Positions 26,891-35,608 of a stretch of 64,000 bases of DNA are shown here, piece after piece. The first letter of the stretch is position 1. Every line of letters starts with the position of its first letter. The stretch comes from a virus. The stretch lies in the IMG/VR virus record IMGVR_UViG_3300044618_000713, positions 1 to 64,000 of that record. One strand, given 5' to 3'. The position numbers and the translations under genes were made by a program. The notes under the pieces are model-generated. The model was not told the origin of the DNA and did not search any database. It saw only the letters and a list, made by a program, of their open reading frames with translations.

Positions 26891-27351
26891 CGTACCACGA
26901 CGTGCCACTGGACGCAATAGAGATAGAGCGGCGCCTACGGGCGTACCTTGACGACCTGGTGCAGCTCGCGGGCGGCCCCGTGACGGTCTGGCGCGCAGCC
27001 CGCATGGCTATGGAGCACCTGCGGCGAGCGGCCGACGCGCCCAATAGCGAGCCCGTGACGCTGCCGACGACGCACCCCGAGCGGATCGTGTGGGCGGTGG
27101 CGACCGCGCATGGGCTCACAGCCGACATCCTGCGCGGCCCGTCGCGGACGCGCGACGTCAGCGCGGCGCGGCATCATGCGGTCTGGGAACTGCGCCTGCG
27201 GCGACCCGACCTGCCGCTGGACAAGATCGCGGCTTGGCTGAACCGCCGTGATCATGCGACGATGATCCACAGCTTGAAGACGTTCCGCAAACTGCGCGCG
27301 AACGGCCAATACGACGAAGAGCGCGCCCTTGTGGAGCGCGCCTTGTCATGA
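26887..27351 (+). CDS. DnaA C-terminal-like HTH DNA-binding protein
   Basis: VA..HGLT...L.G.SR.RDV..ARH.A...L.....L.L..IA..L.RRDHAT.IH. Confidence 0.75.
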   Translation: MTYHDVPLDAIEIERRLRAYLDDLVQLAGGPVTVWRAARMAMEHLRRAADAPNSEPVTLPTTHPERIVWAVATAHGLTADILRGPSRTRDVSAARHHAVWELRLRRPDLPLDKIAAWLNRRDHATMIHSLKTFRKLRANGQYDEERALVERALS

Positions 27352-27407
27352 TCATGCTGCTGGCCTTGGTGCTGGCGGCCCTTGTGGCCGCCTGGCTCGA
27401 CCTCTAG
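27348..27407 (+). CDS. 19-aa hydrophobic peptide
   Basis: MIMLLALVLAALVAAWLDL; ATGA-coupled; stop shares a CTAG with the primase stop. Confidence 0.35.
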   Translation: MIMLLALVLAALVAAWLDL

Positions 27408-29710
27408 GACTTCACCACTGTAAGCCCCGGACCTGCGGCGTGCTCGACCATGCGCCGCAGGTCGCTCTTTGAGTAGGTGCGCACCATGTCCTCGCGCGCC
27501 CATATGTTCTTCTTGGTCTGGAACTCGGCCGATTTGACGGCGCCGAGGTCGATCCAGCCCGCTTCCTTGAGGCCATGCAGCAGCGCCGCCTGGGGCACCT
27601 TGACGCCGCCGGGCGCGCCCTGCTGCAATGTGCTGCAAAGCTTGTGGAACGGCGAGGCGATGACGCCCGCGGCAAACTCGGCCGACGGCTTGTGCACCTG
27701 CTCGATGACGTAGCTTTCCGCCATGCTGCGGCCCGTCTCGATAAGACGCGTCCGGTAGTCCGTCCACGGCGGCATGGCTGCCGGGTTAAACGCCGACACA
27801 TCGCGGTCGAGCAGCCACCGGCCCACGGCCTGGAGCCCGCCTTGCTTCTTGTACCACGCCCACAGCGCGACCGCGTCGGCCTTCTCCATGCGCGGCGCGT
27901 GCGACCACAGGCAGAACCAGCGCCTGTCTTGCGTTGGCAGCGACAGCGGCACGGGATCGTTGGTGAACGCCAGCACAAACAGGCGGTTGACCATGTCGTA
28001 GGGGTGCAGGCCCTTGCGCTCGATGGTCAGCGTGTCGGGCGGCGCCGCGATGATCGGCTTGAGCTTGTTGGACAGCGAGCGGCGCTGCGCGGCTTCCGGT
28101 TCCTTGAGCTCGTTAAGGATCAGGATCTCGCTCTCCAGCGCGTAGCCCCAGCGCGAATTGATCCCGTCAGCGTCCACCAGCCCGCGGTTGCGCAGGTCCG
28201 GCCCGCACACGGACCAGATGAAGGGGAACCAGAACGTGTCCTTGCCGCAGCCCTCGTCGCCGCCATGCAGCACGGCGTGATTGATCTTGATCTCCGGGTG
28301 CTGGAGCTTGTAGGCCATGACATCAAGGACGTGCTCGCGCTCGACCAGATCGGGGATCAGCAGCTCGGCATGGGCCAGCCATGGCGCGACGTCGCCCGGC
28401 GTGACGCCGGACAGGTCCGGCCGCGCGTTGACCCAGCGGTTGCCGTAGATCTCCCCGTCGCGCGCCACGAGGACGCTATCGCCCGCAGCGTAGGTCAGCC
28501 CGCGCAACACCCGCGCGCCCGCGCCCTGGCGGTTCTCGTCGTAACAGACGGACGCCTCGACCTTGCGTTGCGTGTGGATGGACTTGCAATCGACGTGTCT
28601 AAACACGGCGTTGAACGCGCCGCGCGTCATCTCCCGCCGGTCGATCATGTCGAAATAGGCGTCATCCTCGACGATGTACGCGAAGCGGCTGAACCACTCG
28701 CGCTTGGTCAAGCGGCCCAGCTCCTTGCGGTCAACCTCGGCGATGACCTCGGCAGCCGCGTCAGGGAACGCCTCGGTCGGCTGGATCGTCGCGGCCACCA
28801 TGGCCATGCGCTCGGCCACCAGCTCCTCGCGGAAGCCCGCCTGCACCGTCGGCCCGCCCTGCTCGGCCACCCATGCAAGGAAGGCGTTGCTGTCGAGGTG
28901 CTCGCAGTGGGAGTGGTAGCAGCAGAACGCCCGGTTGACGGGCGAGTAACGCCCCTCGATCTGGCCGTCCGTGTGCGCGGCATGGTTCGGGCAGACGACG
29001 CCGCACCAGCCCTCGCGGTTAACCTGGGAGAGCACCAGCCCCTGCTCGGAGAGCCACTTGAGCACGCTGTCGGAGCCCGTGTCGCGCAGGCGGATGACCT
29101 GCGGCCCGGCGCTGTCGGCGGGCGCTGGCGTGACGTCCAGACCCTCGCAGATGGCGGCAAGCGTGTATTCGCGCTCAGGGTGGAACTCGACCAACCGCGC
29201 CGGGAACAGGTCACGCCCCGGCTTGAGGTTGGGCGAGCCCGGCAAGCGGCAGTTGCGCACTGCGTTGGTGGCGCCGGGGTCCGTGTAGCCTGCGGCTGCG
29301 ATGGCCGTGATGGCCGCGACGAACTCGCCCTTGGTCGGCTGCTCCTTGAAAGCGTAGCCCCACTGGCAGTTGCCGGGCGACGTCTCGACGATCCACGTCG
29401 GCGGCACGGGCGGCACCTTGGACTTGGTGCCGATGTCGTCCAGCATCATGAACAGGACGAACTCGCAGTTGGCCGCCGAGGCCGACGGCTTGCCGTCGAA
29501 GCGGTCGATAATGAACGAGCCCGTGTTGATGAACCAGCTCTCGCCGTCCCTGCGCGCACGCGACGGCAGGAAGGCGGGCCACGTGAACTTGAGGGTGCCG
29601 TCGCGGTGCGTGACCTGCTGCCCGTCGTACATGACGGGCTTCTGGCGCACGATCAGGGCTGTTTCGCCGTCCGGCGCAAGGCCGGTTAGATATTCTAGAA
29701 GGTCTGACAT
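27404..29710 (-). CDS. Primase-helicase (RepB-type primase plus SF3/DUF5906 helicase)
   Basis: LDDIG...WIVETSPGNCQWGY; CPNH..H zinc site; GGDEGCGKD Walker A; start at MSDLL. Confidence 0.88.
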   Translation of the reverse strand: MSDLLEYLTGLAPDGETALIVRQKPVMYDGQQVTHRDGTLKFTWPAFLPSRARRDGESWFINTGSFIIDRFDGKPSASAANCEFVLFMMLDDIGTKSKVPPVPPTWIVETSPGNCQWGYAFKEQPTKGEFVAAITAIAAAGYTDPGATNAVRNCRLPGSPNLKPGRDLFPARLVEFHPEREYTLAAICEGLDVTPAPADSAGPQVIRLRDTGSDSVLKWLSEQGLVLSQVNREGWCGVVCPNHAAHTDGQIEGRYSPVNRAFCCYHSHCEHLDSNAFLAWVAEQGGPTVQAGFREELVAERMAMVAATIQPTEAFPDAAAEVIAEVDRKELGRLTKREWFSRFAYIVEDDAYFDMIDRREMTRGAFNAVFRHVDCKSIHTQRKVEASVCYDENRQGAGARVLRGLTYAAGDSVLVARDGEIYGNRWVNARPDLSGVTPGDVAPWLAHAELLIPDLVEREHVLDVMAYKLQHPEIKINHAVLHGGDEGCGKDTFWFPFIWSVCGPDLRNRGLVDADGINSRWGYALESEILILNELKEPEAAQRRSLSNKLKPIIAAPPDTLTIERKGLHPYDMVNRLFVLAFTNDPVPLSLPTQDRRWFCLWSHAPRMEKADAVALWAWYKKQGGLQAVGRWLLDRDVSAFNPAAMPPWTDYRTRLIETGRSMAESYVIEQVHKPSAEFAAGVIASPFHKLCSTLQQGAPGGVKVPQAALLHGLKEAGWIDLGAVKSAEFQTKKNIWAREDMVRTYSKSDLRRMVEHAAGPGLTVVKS

Positions 29711-29730
29711 TGTTTCCTCGTTCTTATGGG

Positions 29731-29922
29731 TCAGTCGTCGTTTTTGAGCGGCAGTACAGAGTACCTTGTTGGCTCGTGGGTAACAAAATCCCACGATATT
29801 GTGCGGCTGCTGGCGGGCCAGGCATTCAAGGCCGCCGCAATCGCCCCGCCTACGTCGCCAATCGCGGCGTACCCACTCGCGGCTTCGATTGCTTCGTCGG
29901 GTATCTGGTCACGTTTGATCAC
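29731..29922 (-). CDS. Hypothetical protein (QIPDE...NAWP family)
   Basis: GAGG RBS; paralogous to 37363-37590 and 37577-37786. Confidence 0.6.
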   Translation of the reverse strand: MIKRDQIPDEAIEAASGYAAIGDVGGAIAAALNAWPASSRTISWDFVTHEPTRYSVLPLKNDD

Positions 29923-29925
29923 GGG

Positions 29926-30279
29926 TCACCTCAAGGTTCTGAAAGCAATGGCGTTGTGGACCGTTCGCACGCGGGTCCGCACCCTGTTTCCGTCGTTTCC
30001 GCTTTTCACGAGCCAGCCCTTGGCCGTCCTGCCGACGATCACGCCGACGTGATTGCGCCAGACGACGATGGCGCCGATCCGCGCCCGCGTCGGGCGTCCG
30101 ACCTTGGCCCAGTTCCGCGCGCGCCACAGATCCTTGCGATGCGGCATTCCGAAATAATGCGCCAGATAGCAGCCGCACCAACGTGACGGGCAGCCCCTCG
30201 GCTGACCGGGCTCGCGGGCCTCGACGCTGGCGGTAGAGATCAGCAGCGCGGCTAGCGCAGCGAACAAGACATTCTTCAT
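29926..30279 (-). CDS. Secreted CHAP/NlpC-like cysteine hydrolase
   Basis: Signal peptide; WCGC...ARNW...G.IVVW..HVGVI...SGN. Confidence 0.7.
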   Translation of the reverse strand: MKNVLFAALAALLISTASVEAREPGQPRGCPSRWCGCYLAHYFGMPHRKDLWRARNWAKVGRPTRARIGAIVVWRNHVGVIVGRTAKGWLVKSGNDGNRVRTRVRTVHNAIAFRTLR

Positions 30280-30287
30280 GGTTCACC

Positions 30288-32270
30288 TCACTTGCCGTAC
30301 CGTTGCATCACCTTGCCGCTGGCACCCAATGGTAGCCCCTCGGCCCACGCGGGAGGGGTGATCATAACAGCCTGCATCGCGGCTGCCAATTCTTCTGATT
30401 TTTCTGTATCAACCTCAGCTACAATTTCGTCGTGGACGTGCAGCACGACCTCGACGCCCGCGGCGTCCAGACCGCGCAGCGCCTCGCGCAGGATGTCGTT
30501 GGCGGTGGCCTGCACGATGTTCTCGCAGGCGAGCCCGCGCCAGAGCCGCGCCCGTGGCCACTCCTTGGCGTCTGCCGCAGGCTTCCACGACGCCTTGGCG
30601 TAGGACACGCCGTCCTCCTCGAACCGCGCGTAGGGGTAGCACAGCACGCGGCCCGACGGCAGCGCGTACCAAAGGTGGTCGCCTTGCTTCATGTACTGCA
30701 CGCGGCCCGCCTTGAACACCTCGCCGGGGTTGCGGATGGCGCGGGTATACGCCTGCTCCAGATCGGCCCAGAACGGCACGGCCCACGGGTTGGCGCGGCG
30801 CCACAGATCGACCGTGCGCCTCGCCTCGCTCTCGGGCATGTGGACGCCGTAGACGCGGCCCATGGCACTGAACGCACCCACGCCGCCGCCGAACCCGCAG
30901 GCCAGCACGGCCACCTTGCCAAGCTGCCGCTGCTCGTCAGTGACGGCCGTCTCCTCGACGTTGAACATGCGCGCGGCGACGGCAACGTAGATGTCGCGGC
31001 CCTCGCGGAACACGTCCAGCGTCTCCTCGCCGTCCATCGACAGCCACGGCGTGACGCGGGCCTCGATCTGGGCATAGTCGAACACGGCGAAGACCTTGCC
31101 CTCGGCCGGGATCAACGCCGGACGCAGCATCGACTTCAGCACGTCGGTGACGCGCTTGCCGAACTCGGGCACGATCTGGTGCCCGCGCACGAGCGCCTGG
31201 CGGGCTAGTTCAGGCTCTTTGGCACATTTTCGGGGGAAGTTGTGGACTTGGAGACCATAACTTGATGCGCGGCCCGTAGCGCTTCCCCCAGCAAACACAA
31301 ACGCACCCCGGACGCGACTGTCGAGATCATCTGAGAGCGATGCAGCTCGCTCAAACTTCGCCACCGACGATGCCCAGAGATCGTCCGCGCACTGCACCAC
31401 TTCAGCGACTTCCGCAGGGACTTCATCAGGGTTTTCCTCCGCAAGGGTTAATACGCTCGCGCGCACGGTCTTGTCCAAGCATCTGTGCGCCCGGTCATTT
31501 TTCATAAGCGTCATAAGTTTTCGGGCTTCAGGACCGACACGATCCCAAACCCAATCTTTCATTCGTACGCTGCGCACGCTCACAATTTCGCGCTGCGTTA
31601 TCTCGCAAACCAGATTTTGTATCTCAATCGTCTCGGCGGCGGCATACTTGACGGCTGCCTGCGCCAGCGGGCGGTCGAGGCGCACGCCGCGGTCGTTGAT
31701 GCGCTCGTTGACGTGGTAGTCGAGCAGCTCCTCGTCGGTCAGCCCGCGCATGGCCTTGGAGAAGGCCCGCATGGCGCGCACGTCCTGCTCGCAGTACTCG
31801 ATCATCTCCTGCATCAGCCCGGCGTCCTCGCGGAACGTGCCGTTGGCCTGCGGGATGGACAGCGCACGCACCAGTGCTGCGCCGCGGTGATCCTTGCGCA
31901 TCCCTGCGCCCGCGAAGCGGCCCACGTCCTCCAGAGAGCCTGGCGCGCAGTTGGCGCGGGCCTGCGTCGCGGTGCAGTAGAACTGCGTCAGCGCGGGCTC
32001 CGGCACCTTGAAATCAGGGCAGATCACATACCAGAACAACAGCCGCTCGAAGGCGGCGTTGTGCGCGCGGATCTGTACGCCGGAAAGAATTGCGGCCGAA
32101 ACTTTCTGTGGAAAGGGTTGCTCAGGCGTCCACGTCTGCACGTCCTCGTCATCGAAGGCGTAGGACATGCACAGCACCTCGGTGCTGGGGTCCTGCATAT
32201 AGTTGTAGACGCCACGCACCTTCAGATCGCAGCGGCTGCGGGTCTCGAAGTCAAGCCAGAGTATTGTCAT
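30288..32270 (-). CDS. polA: DNA polymerase family A (3'-5' exonuclease plus polymerase)
   Basis: LDFET, HNAAFE, YCEQDV exonuclease motifs; DYAQIEAR, RQLGKVAVLACGFG and VHDE polymerase motifs. Confidence 0.93.
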   Translation of the reverse strand: MTILWLDFETRSRCDLKVRGVYNYMQDPSTEVLCMSYAFDDEDVQTWTPEQPFPQKVSAAILSGVQIRAHNAAFERLLFWYVICPDFKVPEPALTQFYCTATQARANCAPGSLEDVGRFAGAGMRKDHRGAALVRALSIPQANGTFREDAGLMQEMIEYCEQDVRAMRAFSKAMRGLTDEELLDYHVNERINDRGVRLDRPLAQAAVKYAAAETIEIQNLVCEITQREIVSVRSVRMKDWVWDRVGPEARKLMTLMKNDRAHRCLDKTVRASVLTLAEENPDEVPAEVAEVVQCADDLWASSVAKFERAASLSDDLDSRVRGAFVFAGGSATGRASSYGLQVHNFPRKCAKEPELARQALVRGHQIVPEFGKRVTDVLKSMLRPALIPAEGKVFAVFDYAQIEARVTPWLSMDGEETLDVFREGRDIYVAVAARMFNVEETAVTDEQRQLGKVAVLACGFGGGVGAFSAMGRVYGVHMPESEARRTVDLWRRANPWAVPFWADLEQAYTRAIRNPGEVFKAGRVQYMKQGDHLWYALPSGRVLCYPYARFEEDGVSYAKASWKPAADAKEWPRARLWRGLACENIVQATANDILREALRGLDAAGVEVVLHVHDEIVAEVDTEKSEELAAAMQAVMITPPAWAEGLPLGASGKVMQRYGK

Positions 32271-32317
32271 GAGTGTGGTCGGGGCGCGGCCCCAGCAGAA
32301 ACCGCGCCCCTCGCCCG

Positions 32318-32956
32318 TTACGCGCTGCGACGGCGGCGGGTGGGGGCATCCACCGGCGCTTCGCTTGCGGGCGTCTCTTCCGTCTGGCCATCAAGGCTCA
32401 GCCAATTCACGACCTCGAACACGGGCGTGAAGATGCGCCCGTAGGACTTGTGAGTGTAGTGGTCCTTCTTCAGCCTCACCGCGGGCACCGGCTTGGCCTG
32501 ATCGGCCTCGACCTGCGCCGCAATGTCAAGGGCCAGCTTCTGCACGGCACGCTTGCCGCCGACGCTGGTGACGCTGTAGCGCACCTCAAGTCCCTCGTCC
32601 TCACCGGACATGCACTTGAGGCTCATGCCGACCTGAAGCTCCCAGCCGCGCTTGGCCTGCGGCGGCGCGGGGTCCAGTTCGGGCAGCGGCTCGTTGACCG
32701 GCACCATCTTCTCGGCCAGCACCTCGCCATCGCCCCAGGCGATGTAGCCGTGCACGAACGAGAACGGGTTGACGGCCCAGGTGCTGCCGTCCTCCACCTC
32801 GGTCTGGTCAGCGCCGAACACCCAGTGTCCGGTCTTGTCCATCTTGAGGATCGCCACACCATCGGCACCACCGACGCTCGCATCAAGCGAGCGCAGTGCC
32901 TGCGACAGGTTCTGGACGGAGGGAAGGTTGGCCTTCGCAAAGGTAATCGCGTTCAT
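32318..32956 (-). CDS. Putative single-stranded DNA-binding protein
   Basis: Between DUF2800 and polA; beta-rich core, Y.HKSYGRIFTP, acidic tail; AAAGGA RBS. Confidence 0.6.
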   Translation of the reverse strand: MNAITFAKANLPSVQNLSQALRSLDASVGGADGVAILKMDKTGHWVFGADQTEVEDGSTWAVNPFSFVHGYIAWGDGEVLAEKMVPVNEPLPELDPAPPQAKRGWELQVGMSLKCMSGEDEGLEVRYSVTSVGGKRAVQKLALDIAAQVEADQAKPVPAVRLKKDHYTHKSYGRIFTPVFEVVNWLSLDGQTEETPASEAPVDAPTRRRRSA

Positions 32957-32969
32957 CTTATTGTCCTTT

Positions 32970-34094
32970 CTAGACAAGTTTACCAAGGGCAGCAGCAAGA
33001 TGCTTGCCGACCTGCAACGACGCCGGGCGCGGATCATCCGCGGGTGCCAGCGTGTCACCCGATGAGACGGCGGTGATGAGCCCTTCCGGCATGGCGAGCT
33101 TGTGCTTCTTCAGCACCTTCTCGACCTGCGCCGGGCTCTTCAGCTCCGTCAATTCCTCAGCACTACAGCCTGCTTCGGCAAGGGCTGTCAATGCCGTCTG
33201 TTCGTTCACCCACTGGCGCATCGCCCGCTTGGGCACCAACTTCCAGCCGGGCAGCTCGACGCCCGCCTCCAGCAGTTCGACGGCCATCTCGCGGGCGTCC
33301 CTGATCCAGCCCTCCAGCAGGTCGATGCTGGCCAAGGCTTCCGAAAGCCGGAAGATGTTGACCGCCTTGATGTTCTCGCGCTTGGCGCGCTCGACGGCGC
33401 CGTTCACCAGCGGGCAGATCGACTTGGCAGCGCACCAGCGGCAGTGGTCGCCGGTCGCCAGCGGTGCGTCCGGCCGCTGCGCGGTCTTGACGGCCATGAT
33501 CAGCTCGGCCTCGAAGCGGCGCACCCGGTCGAGGTCCGTCACCCAGCGCCGCACATGCGGCGGCTGCACGATGATCACCTCGACCGTCTCGACGCCCTCG
33601 AAGGCCCAGCGTGTCGCCTCGGTGCGAAGTGCGGCAGCCGTGTAGAAGAGCGCCTGCGGGTTCTCTTCAGCCTCGACAGGCACGCCATCGCCAAACTTCC
33701 AGTCCAGCAGGATACCGCGATTGCCAATCCGGCCAACAAGATCGGCGGAACCAAAAACACCAGGGAGAGCGTCACCAAAGCCCACCACCTGCTCGACCGC
33801 GTATTCCATCTGTCCATCGGGGTCGATATCATTCAGCGCCTCCCATGCGGGCAGCAGCTTGCGCTCCAGCCGGTCCTCCGTCAACTCGATGCCGTTGTGC
33901 ATCGTGCCGAGGAAGTCGCGCGGGTCCTTATGCGTATCCAGAATGGTGGCGATGACGTTGTGCAGCAGCGTGCCCTCGTCGGCGTAGCTGCTGGACGGCT
34001 TGGGCGGCACCTGCTGCACAAGCGCGACGCTGCCGGGGCACGCGATGACGCGCTTGGCGGTCGAGCCGCCGACAATGTTAGAGTGTTGGGCCAT
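32970..34094 (-). CDS. Cas4-like PD-(D/E)XK exonuclease (DUF2800)
   Basis: HS...GSTAKR...CPGS; FGSAD...LDWKFG...NPQ..FY; GDHCRWC..K..CP. Confidence 0.88.
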   Translation of the reverse strand: MAQHSNIVGGSTAKRVIACPGSVALVQQVPPKPSSSYADEGTLLHNVIATILDTHKDPRDFLGTMHNGIELTEDRLERKLLPAWEALNDIDPDGQMEYAVEQVVGFGDALPGVFGSADLVGRIGNRGILLDWKFGDGVPVEAEENPQALFYTAAALRTEATRWAFEGVETVEVIIVQPPHVRRWVTDLDRVRRFEAELIMAVKTAQRPDAPLATGDHCRWCAAKSICPLVNGAVERAKRENIKAVNIFRLSEALASIDLLEGWIRDAREMAVELLEAGVELPGWKLVPKRAMRQWVNEQTALTALAEAGCSAEELTELKSPAQVEKVLKKHKLAMPEGLITAVSSGDTLAPADDPRPASLQVGKHLAAALGKLV

Positions 34095-34119
34095 ACTGTA
34101 TTCTCCTGTTGTTTCGTCA

Positions 34120-34170
34120 GTCGTTACAGATTTCTTGTTGACCTGTCAAGCATTGTTTGTTAGAGGCTGG
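34120..34170. promoter_or_regulatory. Overlapping divergent promoters
   Basis: TTGACCTGTCAA gives a -35 on each strand, between divergent DUF2800 and VRR-NUC genes. Confidence 0.5.
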
Positions 34171-34172
34171 TC

Positions 34173-34487
34173 ATGGTACGCGAAAGTGAAATCGAGAAGT
34201 ACTTCGTTTGGACGGTGCAGCGCATGGGCGGGACGGCCTACAAGTTCAAGTCGCCCAACCACCGCGGCGTGGCCGACCGCATCGCCTGTCTGCCGGACGG
34301 CTCGACGTGGTTTGTCGAGTTGAAGGCACCCGGCGGACGGCCATCCCCGCTCCAGAAACTCTTCGCGGCCCGCATGAAGGAACTCAGGCAGAACTACACG
34401 ATACTATGGTCAAAGACGGAGATAGACGAATGGCGGCATACTATAACGAGTTCGACCCCTACGCAGCCCAATGGCTGCGCAACCTGA
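34173..34487 (+). CDS. VRR-NUC nuclease
   Basis: RESEIEK...GG.AYKF.SP..RGV.DR......G..WFVELK..GG..S.LQ. Confidence 0.9.
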   Translation: MVRESEIEKYFVWTVQRMGGTAYKFKSPNHRGVADRIACLPDGSTWFVELKAPGGRPSPLQKLFAARMKELRQNYTILWSKTEIDEWRHTITSSTPTQPNGCAT

Positions 34488-35608
34488 TCGACAGTAAACT
34501 GATAGCGGAAGGTGATGTAGATGACAGATCAATTCGGGGCGTGGCTCCGGGCGACCTCAAGGGTTACACGCAGTGCCACTTCTTCGCCGGTGTCGGCGTC
34601 TGGTCCTACGCCCTCCGTCTCGCAAGATGGCCCGACGACCGGCCCGTCTGGACCGGCTCCTGCCCTTGCCAGCCATTCAGCGCCGCCGGAAAGGGAGCAG
34701 GATTTGCCGACGAGCGTCACCTCTGGCCGGAGTTTCATCGGCTCATCAGCGAGTGCCGCCCTCCAGTTGTCTTTGGAGAGCAGGTTGCGAGCAAGGACGG
34801 CCTCGGCTGGCTCGACACTGTACAGTCTGACATGGAAGCATCGGGCTACGCCATTGGGGCGGCAGATCTGTGCGCTGCGGGCATCGGCGCCCCGCACATC
34901 CGCCAGCGCCTCTGGTTTGTCGGAGAAAGGTTGGACGACACCGCAGGCGCACGACACCTCGGGGCGCTCGCTCGGGCAGAAGGAGAAGCACGGGACGAAG
35001 CACGGCTGCGCCTGTCTGGTGAGGGACGCAGATCTGGCGGGCTGGCCAACGCCGCGCTCGACGGACGGCGACAAGGGATCGAGGACGGCGGAAGGCTGCG
35101 AAGCGGAGATCGCGCGGAAGGGTCGGCTGGACGACCTGCCATCGACGGCGGTTTATCTGGCGGGCTGGCCGACACCATTGGCGGCGGACAGCCGGGGCCG
35201 GGCGGGGGCGGCGGCGCACAAGGACAGCGAACTTCCGAACGCGGTTTGCAAAGTGGATTGGTCGGGCTGGAACACGCCAGCAGCCTCGGACGGGAACGGG
35301 GGCAAGCGCCCGCACCCGGACACGACGATGACGGGCCAGCACCCGGAGGGCAGGAAGGTGAACATGGGGCTGGCCTCACAAGTTCACATCGGCTTCCTCA
35401 AGACGGAGCCCGCCCGACTAACGGCCACTGGCGAGATGCTGACTGGCTCCACTGCCGGGATGGCCGCTGGCGGCCAGTTGAACCCGGCACATTCCCGTTG
35501 GCTCATGGGGCTCCCGCCCGAGTGGGACGCCTGCGCGCCTACGGCAATGCCATCGTCCCGCAAGCAGCGGCAGAAGTGATAGGAGCCTACCTTGACGCTC
35601 GCCCTTAG
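34430..35608 (+). CDS. DNA C5-cytosine methyltransferase, catalytic (alpha) chain
   Basis: FFAGVG (I), GSCPCQPFS (IV), EQV (VI), PHIRQRLW (VIII), AYGNAIVP (X); no motif IX in this frame. Confidence 0.88.
   Translation: MAAYYNEFDPYAAQWLRNLIDSKLIAEGDVDDRSIRGVAPGDLKGYTQCHFFAGVGVWSYALRLARWPDDRPVWTGSCPCQPFSAAGKGAGFADERHLWPEFHRLISECRPPVVFGEQVASKDGLGWLDTVQSDMEASGYAIGAADLCAAGIGAPHIRQRLWFVGERLDDTAGARHLGALARAEGEARDEARLRLSGEGRRSGGLANAALDGRRQGIEDGGRLRSGDRAEGSAGRPAIDGGLSGGLADTIGGGQPGPGGGGGAQGQRTSERGLQSGLVGLEHASSLGRERGQAPAPGHDDDGPAPGGQEGEHGAGLTSSHRLPQDGARPTNGHWRDADWLHCRDGRWRPVEPGTFPLAHGAPARVGRLRAYGNAIVPQAAAEVIGAYLDARP
34521..35579 (+). CDS. Overlapping-frame beta chain of the C5-MTase (GWxTP repeats plus motif IX)
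   Basis: 352-codon open frame inside the MTase; four GWxTPxxxD repeats; QLNPAHSRWLMGLPPEW resembles motif IX. Confidence 0.7.
   Translation: MTDQFGAWLRATSRVTRSATSSPVSASGPTPSVSQDGPTTGPSGPAPALASHSAPPEREQDLPTSVTSGRSFIGSSASAALQLSLESRLRARTASAGSTLYSLTWKHRATPLGRQICALRASAPRTSASASGLSEKGWTTPQAHDTSGRSLGQKEKHGTKHGCACLVRDADLAGWPTPRSTDGDKGSRTAEGCEAEIARKGRLDDLPSTAVYLAGWPTPLAADSRGRAGAAAHKDSELPNAVCKVDWSGWNTPAASDGNGGKRPHPDTTMTGQHPEGRKVNMGLASQVHIGFLKTEPARLTATGEMLTGSTAGMAAGGQLNPAHSRWLMGLPPEWDACAPTAMPSSRKQRQK

Noticed and set aside
27575-29689. 704-aa plus-strand ORF
   Set aside because: Antisense shadow of the high-GC primase-helicase gene; no motifs or RBS
32970-34094. Cas4 as evidence of a CRISPR system
   Set aside because: Stand-alone DUF2800 nuclease that is a normal part of this phage replication module
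34208-34429. N-terminal 74 codons of the MTase ORF
   Set aside because: Overlaps VRR-NUC with shadow-like composition; the real start is more likely 34430
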